This document shows, piece after piece, positions 56,325-64,000 of a DNA stretch of 64,000 nucleotides (the stretch's first letter is position 1; each line of letters begins with the position of its first letter). Under the pieces are notes generated by a model that was not told where the DNA came from, ran no database searches, and was given only the letters and a program-made list of their open reading frames with translations. The stretch spans positions 28,667-92,666 of the forward strand of contig CAZWXI010000002.1 in the NCBI GenBank assembly GCA_964637845.1, read 5' to 3'. Source of the DNA: an uncultured Hyphomicrobiales bacterium (GTDB taxonomy: Bacteria > Bacteroidota > Ignavibacteria > Kapaibacteriales > UBA2268). The position numbers and the translations under genes are program-made.

Positions 56325-57412
56325 AATTCCGTTTATTAAACATATCGATATTGATTGTATGCTTGGGCTGCATACGTACTCCAAACGAACCCGAGAGAAT
56401 TTATGCAATCAACATCAAAATTGGCGATATCTTGATATTATGCGAGGGATTGCAAGGATATGACAATTCAGCAATTTCTTATATTAATTCTGCAACGGGG
56501 AAGTGCATAACCGAAGCATACAGCCATGTTAACAAGGGCATAAGATTAGGCGATACTGCTAACGACATGGTGCCGTTCAATGATACGCTTTACGTTTGTT
56601 CAACAATTGGAAATTTTATTGAGATTATTGATATCAAATCACTTAGAACTATACGTCGAATCGAACTATCTCCAAATTCTGCTCCAAGAAATTTAGTTGT
56701 TGACAGTAGTTTTATATATTGTACTTTACTCTACGAAAGCTCTCTTTTAGTCATAAATAAATTTACCAATGAACTAAAGCTCATCCCAACCGGACCTCAA
56801 CCCGAGGGACTTGCTCTATTGCCGGAGAACATTGTCATTACGGCTAATTCGGCTTATGGCGATTTCAATGCTCATCATCTCTATGCAGGTACAATATCGA
56901 TTATTGATTTGCAATATTATTCAGAAATCAAGAAAATTTACATAGGTCCAAATGTTTGTGAAGTTCTATTTAATCCAAAGAATAATAGAGTTTATGCCGT
57001 ATATTACAATCTGCCATCAAAACCGAATTCATTAGGTGGAATTGTTGAACTATCGTATCCGGATTTTACAATATTAAGAAAATGGTACTGCCAACCATTT
57101 AGGGTGAATCTTTCATTTAATGGTGATTCTCTGTATTTCATATCACAAAAGCGAAGCGATTTGAAAAATACTGAAGCAGCAATATCATTTATTGATTTAC
57201 AATCCGGGACGCATGGCGTTTACCAATTATTCAAGGAAAACGACATATATTATGCTTTAACTGTCTCACCATTCGATGGAAGTATCTGGGTCGGAAATGC
57301 TCTAAACCATCAAACTAACGGATATATTTTCAAAGTTAACCCCAATGGTCCTTCTGTTGAAATCAAATTCGATGTATCGCTAAATCCTAACAGGATTGTT
57401 TTTGTCAGGTGA
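56321..57412 (+). CDS. YncE-like beta-propeller lipoprotein (candidate surface corrinoid-binding partner of the receptor)
   Basis: Lipobox ILIVCLGC. Repeated blade-like units (LYVCSTIGNFIEIIDI, IYCTLLYESSLLVINK, PEGLALL..NIVITANS, GTISIIDL, NRVYAVYY, SLYFISQ, SIWVGNA). Last gene of the riboswitch operon. Confidence 0.6.
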   Translation: MKFRLLNISILIVCLGCIRTPNEPERIYAINIKIGDILILCEGLQGYDNSAISYINSATGKCITEAYSHVNKGIRLGDTANDMVPFNDTLYVCSTIGNFIEIIDIKSLRTIRRIELSPNSAPRNLVVDSSFIYCTLLYESSLLVINKFTNELKLIPTGPQPEGLALLPENIVITANSAYGDFNAHHLYAGTISIIDLQYYSEIKKIYIGPNVCEVLFNPKNNRVYAVYYNLPSKPNSLGGIVELSYPDFTILRKWYCQPFRVNLSFNGDSLYFISQKRSDLKNTEAAISFIDLQSGTHGVYQLFKENDIYYALTVSPFDGSIWVGNALNHQTNGYIFKVNPNGPSVEIKFDVSLNPNRIVFVR

Positions 57413-58141
57413 TTTGCGAACGATTACGAATTTGAAGCTTTTATATATCAAAAATATTGATATCACCAATAATACAACAGCCCAAAACCAGTGGGGTAGA
57501 AGTAAGTATTGAGCCATTACCTGAGTATCGGATAAATTTCTATTTCCGTCAACAATTGCTCCCTTTGAAAATAAATAATCTATACTCTGGTACATACTTG
57601 CAAATGCCTGTACGGCGAGGATTTGTAATGTTATAGACTTCAGAGTGTCTTTTCCTTTATAAGCAATAAATGTCATGACAACTGAAAAGAGCAATATCAT
57701 TATGAAGCCGAAACCAAACCATGGACGAACCCACAAAATTGTTGAAAGTATAAGAAAAAAACTTAAAATATATAATACGATTACTGTGCTTCTCTTATTA
57801 GCAGATGCTACCAAAAAAAGAGAACCTGCTATTGTTGGTCCTATTGGTCCTGCCGCTGCAATGATGGCATTACCCAATCCCCCAAGAAATAATGATGTAT
57901 AGCTAAATTGTGCATATCCCGAGCCGTCAGGAGCCAAATACAAAACTTTAAAATCCGCACCTAATAATACTGCGGTTAGCCCATGAGCAAGTTCGTGAAA
58001 CCAAGTTCCGAGAATCGTAAACGGGTATAATATCATATTCCCGAATGGTACGTTCCAAAGTATGATAGTCAACAATCCGAACCCCATAACCATAAATAAG
58101 GGCGTATTTGTGTTAACGTTGCTGATTTCTTTATTTGTCAT
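57380..58141 (-). CDS. M50B-like integral membrane metallopeptidase family protein
   Basis: WFHELAHGLTAVLLGADF (HExxH inside a TM helix) plus about six TM helices. Confidence 0.7.
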   Translation of the reverse strand: MTNKEISNVNTNTPLFMVMGFGLLTIILWNVPFGNMILYPFTILGTWFHELAHGLTAVLLGADFKVLYLAPDGSGYAQFSYTSLFLGGLGNAIIAAAGPIGPTIAGSLFLVASANKRSTVIVLYILSFFLILSTILWVRPWFGFGFIMILLFSVVMTFIAYKGKDTLKSITLQILAVQAFASMYQSIDYLFSKGAIVDGNRNLSDTQVMAQYLLLPHWFWAVVLLVISIFLIYKSFKFVIVRKSPDKNNPVRI

Positions 58142-58209
58142 TTATAATTATTCCTTATTTTTATAAGTTTTGACGTATAAATATCATAAAATTTGTTAAT
58201 GTTATCAAT

Positions 58210-60249
58210 ATGAATAGATTTGCCTTAAAATCGAATTATAAACCTGCGGGCGACCAGCCGAAAGCGATACATGAGTTAATTGAAGGATTAAATCGAGGAG
58301 ACAAATACCAGACTTTATTGGGTGTGACGGGTTCAGGCAAGACATTCACAATGTCAAATGTTATTGAACAAGTTCAAAAGCCTACTTTGGTAATCTCACC
58401 AAACAAAACTTTAGCAGCACAGCTTTATGGAGAATTTAAAGCATTTTTCCCCGACAACGCCGTTGAATATTTTATTTCATATTACGATTACTATCAACCA
58501 GAAGCATACATTGCCAAATCCGACACATACATCGAGAAAGATTTTTCCATTAATGATGAAATTGATAGGCTGCGACTCAAAGCCACAAGTAATTTGGTTG
58601 AGGGCAGAAGAGATATAATTATAGTTGCATCCGTTAGTTGCATTTACAGCATCGGTAGGAAAGAAGATTTTGAGCAATTCATGTATGTTATAAGACGCGG
58701 AATGTTCGTGTCTCGCCAAAAAATGCTTTATAAATTATCCGAATTGCACTACGAACGTAATGATTATGACTTTCGGCGTGGAAATTTCAGGGTACGAGGC
58801 GATATTATTGATATTGTTCCTGCATATGAGGATAAATTCGCCTACAGAATTGAATTTTTTGGAGACGAAATTGATAGAATTTCAACTATTGATGTTAAGT
58901 CCGGTAAAGTAGTCGAAGAAAACGATGAAATTATTCTGCATCCCGCTAAGTTATTTGTCACCCCCGAAGATAGACTCACTATTGCAATGCAATATATCAG
59001 AGATGAATTACATGAAAGAACTAAGGAACTTCGCAATCAAGAAAAATACATCGAAGCTCAACGACTCGAACAACGTACTCTTTTCGACCTTGAAATGATG
59101 AAAGAGGTTGGTTACTGCTCGGGCATTGAAAATTATTCCATGCATCTCACAGGAAGAACTTTTGGAGAAAGACCGCATTGTATTTTCGATTTCTTTCCTG
59201 AAGATTATCTCCTGATAATTGACGAAAGTCACGTTTCAGTACCACAAATAAGAGGTATGTACAACGGTGACAGGTCCCGTAAAATAAGTTTAGTCGAACA
59301 TGGTTTCCGACTCCCCTCAGCGTTGGAAAACAGACCACTTCGCTTTGATGAATTCGAATCACTAATTAATCAAGCAGTGTTCGTCAGTGCTACACCCGGC
59401 CATTATGAGCTTGAAAAGTGCGATGGCGTTTTCGTTGAACAAGTTATTAGACCAACAGGTTTGCTTGACCCTAAAATCTCGGTTCGCCCAATCAAAACTC
59501 AAATTGATGACCTGCTTGCTGAAATTAGAACACGAGTAGAAAAAAAGGAAAGAACTCTTGTGACGACACTAACAAAACGTATGGCTGAGGATTTAGCAGA
59601 TTATTTGAAAAATTTAAACATCTATGTTGCCTATATTCATTCAGATGTTGATTCTCTTGAGCGAGTCGAGATTATTCGGAATTTAAGGCTTGGAACTTAT
59701 GATGTCCTTGTAGGCGTGAATTTATTGAGGGAAGGGCTGGATTTGCCAGAAGTTTCATTAGTTGCAGTCTTGGATGCTGATAAAGAAGGATTTCTTAGGA
59801 GTGAAACCTCTTTGCTTCAGATAGCAGGGAGAACTGCTCGAAATGTCGATGGATTAGTGATCCTTTACGCCGATAAATTAACCAAATCTATCAATAATTT
59901 AATTGATGAAACTAATCGCAGAAGGCAATTACAAATCGAATATAATAATGCTAACGGTATTAATCCGACAACTATTTATAAATCACTCGAAGAGATTTTA
60001 TCTTCAACATCTATTGCAGATATTCACCATCCGCAAGTGACTAAAGTACGCAAATTACTGCCTCAAGAAATCAAAATTGTCGCTGAACCCGTTGTGAAAT
60101 ATATGTCCGAAAAACAAAAACGAGAAATTCTCAGGCAAATGTTTGACGAGATGAAAATAGCCGCTAAAAATCTTGACTTTGAGCTTGCCGCTGAACTGAG
60201 AGATAAAATCAATTCGCTAAAGATAGAATGGAATTTAACCTCTAATTGA
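58210..60249 (+). CDS. uvrB: Excinuclease ABC subunit B
   Basis: FALKSNYKPAGDQPKAI, GVTGSGKTFTM, DESHV, and the C-terminal UVR domain LDFELAAELRDKI. Confidence 0.95.
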   Translation: MNRFALKSNYKPAGDQPKAIHELIEGLNRGDKYQTLLGVTGSGKTFTMSNVIEQVQKPTLVISPNKTLAAQLYGEFKAFFPDNAVEYFISYYDYYQPEAYIAKSDTYIEKDFSINDEIDRLRLKATSNLVEGRRDIIIVASVSCIYSIGRKEDFEQFMYVIRRGMFVSRQKMLYKLSELHYERNDYDFRRGNFRVRGDIIDIVPAYEDKFAYRIEFFGDEIDRISTIDVKSGKVVEENDEIILHPAKLFVTPEDRLTIAMQYIRDELHERTKELRNQEKYIEAQRLEQRTLFDLEMMKEVGYCSGIENYSMHLTGRTFGERPHCIFDFFPEDYLLIIDESHVSVPQIRGMYNGDRSRKISLVEHGFRLPSALENRPLRFDEFESLINQAVFVSATPGHYELEKCDGVFVEQVIRPTGLLDPKISVRPIKTQIDDLLAEIRTRVEKKERTLVTTLTKRMAEDLADYLKNLNIYVAYIHSDVDSLERVEIIRNLRLGTYDVLVGVNLLREGLDLPEVSLVAVLDADKEGFLRSETSLLQIAGRTARNVDGLVILYADKLTKSINNLIDETNRRRQLQIEYNNANGINPTTIYKSLEEILSSTSIADIHHPQVTKVRKLLPQEIKIVAEPVVKYMSEKQKREILRQMFDEMKIAAKNLDFELAAELRDKINSLKIEWNLTSN

Positions 60250-62199
60250 ATCGGCTAATTTTGAGAATACATCTAACGACTTAGGATTGGCAATTGATGC
60301 CTTATTTTTGACTTCCAGACCCAAAAGTGTTTGAAGAACAGCTAATTCTACTTTTTTCCCATTTAGTGTTACGGGAACTTCATGTATCTGGAATATCATC
60401 TTTGGAACATGGCGTGGAGTTAAGCTCTTACGGATTTCGTTCCTTATATTCTCAATATGCCCATCGTTCAATTTGTCTTGATTTTTTAGTACAACAAATA
60501 AAATCACATCTTCATCTCCACTCCTAGGATATCCAACAACAATGGAATCGGCGACGTAGTCAATTGCCTCGACAATCCTGTATATTTCCGCTGTACCAAT
60601 TCTTACACCACCCGGGTTAAGTGTTGCATCTGAACGCCCGTGTACAATTACTCCACCGTTCTTAGTAATTGTTATAAAATCTCCGTGTCTCCAAATGCCC
60701 GGATAAACATCAAAGTATGCTGATTCATACCTTTCGTCATCAGGGTCATTCCAAAAATAAATGGGCATGGAGGGGAAGGGGGCCGTACAAACGAGTTCCC
60801 CTTTCTGCTCGGTAACTGGTTCCCCGGTATCGTCCCATGATTCGACTTTCATACCTAAACCTCTGCATTGAATTTCTTCTGAATAAACAGGTAAATTAGG
60901 ATTTCCCAGCATAAAACATGAAATAATATCGGTCCCACCCGATATTGACGATAACCGTAAGTCGCTTTTCACATTTCTGTAAACCCATTCAAAATTATCT
61001 TTTGATAAGGGGGAGCCTGTGGAAAGAATAACTTTTAAATCATATAAATTGTACTCCTCCTTTGGCTCAAGACCGGCTTTTTGGCATGTGGTCAGGAATT
61101 TCGGACTTGTGCCAAATACCGTGATGCCCTCGTCTTGAACTATTTTCCATAAAATACCCAAATCCGGATATGATGGACTTCCGTCGTATAAAACTACTGT
61201 TGCACCCACACTCAATGAACTAACGAGCCAGTTCCACATCATCCAACCGCAAGTGGTAAAATAGAATATCTTATCCATGTCGGTTAAATTTGTATGCAGA
61301 ACAAGTTCTTTCATGTGCTGAAGTATTGTTCCGCCAGCACCATGAACGATACATTTGGGTACACCTGTTGTACCTGATGAGTACATGATATAAACAGGAT
61401 GGTCGAAATCGCTCATTACAAAATCAATTTCATCGGCATCATTTGAAAGTAAGCTTTCCCATGAAATATAATCAATACCATTTAAATCGCTACTTATTTG
61501 GTTTATAATAATGAGATGTTCAATTTTGTTCAATTGATTAATTATTTCAACTAAATTGTCTTTCATTATAATTTCTTTGCCATTATAAGTGTAACCATCA
61601 ACAGCAATGAGCACTTTCGGTTCAACTTGCGCAAATCTGTCAACTACACCGTTTACTCCGAAATCGGGTGATGTAGATGTCCAAATTGCACCTAAGGATG
61701 TCGTAGCAAGCATAGCTATTATCGCCTGTGGGTTATTGCTTATATATCCGGCAACTCTATCGCCTTGGGATACTCCTAATGCTTTCAAACCCGCGGCACA
61801 CTTGATTGTCTGAAGGAATAATTCACTAAAAGTCATGTAAGTTGGCTTGCCAATTTCAGTATAATATGCGATTGCAAGCTCTTCATCCCTGAAACGAAGC
61901 AGATTCTCGGCGAAATTTAATTTTGCTCCTTTGAACCATTGATAATTCCTGATATCTTCAGTTTTGCTTCCTGTCTTGATTCTCGTTAAAATCTTCTGTG
62001 CAGGTCTATAATATATAATATCCATAAACTCTGAGATATCTTCCCAAAAGTTGGCTATGTAATTTATTGACCAATCATAAAGCTCATCATAGGAGGAAAT
62101 CTTTAGTGAATACTTCAAGTTTATGAAATTTATAAATTGGGTCATGTTGGATTCACGTATCGCATCATCCGACGGCACCCATAATTGTGCTTGATTCAT
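60235..62199 (-). CDS. Acetoacetate-CoA ligase (acetoacetyl-CoA synthetase)
   Basis: 654 aa. The N-terminus LWVPSDDAIRESNMTQFINFIN is typical of acetoacetyl-CoA synthetases. AMP-binding motif YSSGTTGVPKCIVH, plus GRSDATLNPGGVRIGTAEIY. Confidence 0.85.
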   Translation of the reverse strand: MNQAQLWVPSDDAIRESNMTQFINFINLKYSLKISSYDELYDWSINYIANFWEDISEFMDIIYYRPAQKILTRIKTGSKTEDIRNYQWFKGAKLNFAENLLRFRDEELAIAYYTEIGKPTYMTFSELFLQTIKCAAGLKALGVSQGDRVAGYISNNPQAIIAMLATTSLGAIWTSTSPDFGVNGVVDRFAQVEPKVLIAVDGYTYNGKEIIMKDNLVEIINQLNKIEHLIIINQISSDLNGIDYISWESLLSNDADEIDFVMSDFDHPVYIMYSSGTTGVPKCIVHGAGGTILQHMKELVLHTNLTDMDKIFYFTTCGWMMWNWLVSSLSVGATVVLYDGSPSYPDLGILWKIVQDEGITVFGTSPKFLTTCQKAGLEPKEEYNLYDLKVILSTGSPLSKDNFEWVYRNVKSDLRLSSISGGTDIISCFMLGNPNLPVYSEEIQCRGLGMKVESWDDTGEPVTEQKGELVCTAPFPSMPIYFWNDPDDERYESAYFDVYPGIWRHGDFITITKNGGVIVHGRSDATLNPGGVRIGTAEIYRIVEAIDYVADSIVVGYPRSGDEDVILFVVLKNQDKLNDGHIENIRNEIRKSLTPRHVPKMIFQIHEVPVTLNGKKVELAVLQTLLGLEVKNKASIANPKSLDVFSKLADSIRG

Positions 62200-62273
62200 T
62201 GAGAGCCTTAATTGTGAAAATTATTCTGACGTGAGAGACTTGGGCGTATTGAGTTATATTAATAATTGGTTGT

Positions 62274-64000
62274 TTATATGCGTTGGATTGGTTTTGAGGG
62301 GATTTTTATTGTAACTTCTGTACCTTCACCAATGGCACTTTTCGCTTCGATTAAACCGTTATTCATATCCATGAACTCTTTGCACAAAATTAGTCCCAAT
62401 CCGGTGCCTTTCTCTCTTGAAGTTCCAAATGTAGAATAATGTACATCTATTCGGAAAAGCTTTTTCATGTCTTCTTCGCTAATGCCAACACCTGTATCTT
62501 TAACTTTCAATTCCACATATTCAGAGTTCAGCTTTGTTGATACTGCTACTTTGCCGTCACGGGATGTAAATTTTATCGCATTTGAAATTAAATTTCTTAT
62601 TACGGTGTTCACCATGTTTGGGTCTCCGTAAGCAAGGACGGGACCACCGTTATTGTTGAATATTTCGATACCCTTGTTCTTTGCCGCTTCTGATAATAAT
62701 TTAACATTTTCCGAAATCAGATACGACAAATCTATCATTTGCCTTTCAGCTTTTAGCGAACCGCTTTGTGTCTTTGACCAATAAAGCAAATTCTCAAGCA
62801 GATTGGACAAATGAACTCCTGCTTTGTGTATTTGAGAAACAAGCTCCACAAGTTGGCTTTCTGACATTACATGAGATTTACTCCTTATTGTATCTGCCGA
62901 TAGCACTATTGCATGAAGCGGATTTTTCAGGTCATGAGCAATTATCGAGAAAAACTTATCTTTGGTTGAGTTGGCTTCTGTCAGTTTTTTCTCATTCTCT
63001 ATTAATGTATCCAATATTTCTCGCATCTTGTCGGTCTGTGCGATGATTTTTATATTCTTCTCATTTAATATCTTATTAGTACGGACATTGTTTTTGTGCC
63101 GAAAATAAAACATAATCATCAACATAAACACTAAGAATGAGATTGCTATAAATGATGTCTTCTGTATGTTGTTCATGCGCCTTTGGTGTTCGTTCTGCTG
63201 CCGGAGTATTATATTTTCCTTGTCTTTTTTATCAACTGCGTACGTTATTTTAAGTTCAGCAATTTTTTTGTTCACTTCATCATTCATCAAATTATCTTTC
63301 GTACTCGTGTATAATTTATAATAATCAAGTGCCGTTTTGTAATTGCCCAAATCCCTGTACAATTCGTGATAAATCTCATATGCTGTCAGCATCTGTCTCT
63401 GCTCACCCTGAAGTCGTGCTATCTCGAATGCACGGTCAAGTTGTACTAATGCTTCATCGTAATTCTTTTTTTGCATATAAATCTGGGCGACTGTTGTCAG
63501 CGGGTGGAAAATGCTACTGCTGTCTTTTATGTCAAGTTGTGCTTGTATTGAACCCATGCAGTAGTTGAGTGCTTTGTCGTAGTTGCCTAATTGTTTGTGT
63601 ATCATACCCATATTGTTCATGGTTATACCAACACTTTGCAAATCATTAATGTCTTCAGCGATTTGCAACGCTTGCTCGTATGACTGCAATGCCTCCTTAA
63701 TTTTACCTGTCTCGAAATACACATTTCCCATATTGTTTAGCGCGCGGTTTACTTCTTTCGGTTGGTTTTCTTTTTGGCTTACTTCCAAAGCTCTTTTGAA
63801 ATGGATTAACGCTTCATCGTAAATTTTCGTTGAGTAATAAACGCTACCAATTTTATTTAAAACATCTGCTAAATCTTGAATTCTATTTATGGCTTCAACA
63901 ATTTTCAATGTTTCAAAATAGTATTCGAGAGCCTTTCCGTAATCGCCTGCGACATGACTTGCAATACCGAGATTATTATAAGATTTGAAAATTTCGTTTG
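62274..64000 (-). CDS. TPR-repeat sensor histidine kinase (partial; N-terminus beyond window end)
   Basis: H-box FFSIIAHDLKNPL, N-box VIRNLISNAIKFT, G-boxes DTGVGI and GTGLGLILCKEF; TM helix FIAISFLVFMLMIMFYF. The frame stays open upstream of the track start: hand translation of 63909-64000 gives NEIFKSYNNLGIASHVAGDYGKALEYYFET, which is more TPR sequence. Confidence 0.8.
   Translation of the reverse strand, partial: NEIFKSYNNLGIASHVAGDYGKALEYYFETLKIVEAINRIQDLADVLNKIGSVYYSTKIYDEALIHFKRALEVSQKENQPKEVNRALNNMGNVYFETGKIKEALQSYEQALQIAEDINDLQSVGITMNNMGMIHKQLGNYDKALNYCMGSIQAQLDIKDSSSIFHPLTTVAQIYMQKKNYDEALVQLDRAFEIARLQGEQRQMLTAYEIYHELYRDLGNYKTALDYYKLYTSTKDNLMNDEVNKKIAELKITYAVDKKDKENIILRQQNEHQRRMNNIQKTSFIAISFLVFMLMIMFYFRHKNNVRTNKILNEKNIKIIAQTDKMREILDTLIENEKKLTEANSTKDKFFSIIAHDLKNPLHAIVLSADTIRSKSHVMSESQLVELVSQIHKAGVHLSNLLENLLYWSKTQSGSLKAERQMIDLSYLISENVKLLSEAAKNKGIEIFNNNGGPVLAYGDPNMVNTVIRNLISNAIKFTSRDGKVAVSTKLNSEYVELKVKDTGVGISEEDMKKLFRIDVHYSTFGTSREKGTGLGLILCKEFMDMNNGLIEAKSAIGEGTEVTIKIPSKPIQRI

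Overview
AT-rich, densely coding chromosomal window with about 40 genes and many 4-15 nt gene overlaps. It comes from a Gram-negative FCB-group bacterium (Bacteroidota/Ignavibacteriota-like). That placement is inferred from an adjacent PorU-PorV pair, five proteins ending in type IX secretion (T9SS) C-terminal sorting domains, signal-peptide-bearing TldD/PmbA paralogs and a BatA-type vWA protein. All calls rest on reading the supplied ORF translations and the DNA by eye; no database search was run. Housekeeping content: MscS channel (partial, hand-translated, absent from the ORF track), orphan nuoC, maeB, purine nucleoside phosphorylase, gmd-fcl, ppk2, initiator tRNA-Met, AddA-like helicase-nuclease, fumC, murB, PBP2, uvrB, acetoacetate-CoA ligase, and two TPR sensor kinases. 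Envelope and secretion content: two giant S8 peptidases, PorU/PorV, an LCP protein, Wzz plus a Wzy/O-antigen-ligase-like protein, and an S9 peptidase. The best candidate for an undescribed system is a cobalamin riboswitch (about 50790-50955) in front of a translationally coupled four-gene operon (51075-57412). The operon encodes a BtuB-like TonB-dependent receptor, an internally duplicated propeller-like protein with a T9SS sorting domain, a 300-aa unknown protein with a T9SS sorting domain, and a YncE-like lipoprotein. This suggests corrinoid capture built from T9SS-anchored surface proteins. The second notable item is a lipoprotein made of Cys-Cys-initiated ~90-aa modules that carries a 270-bp tandem duplication with a single mismatch. 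No CRISPR array, rRNA, transposase or integrase was seen.
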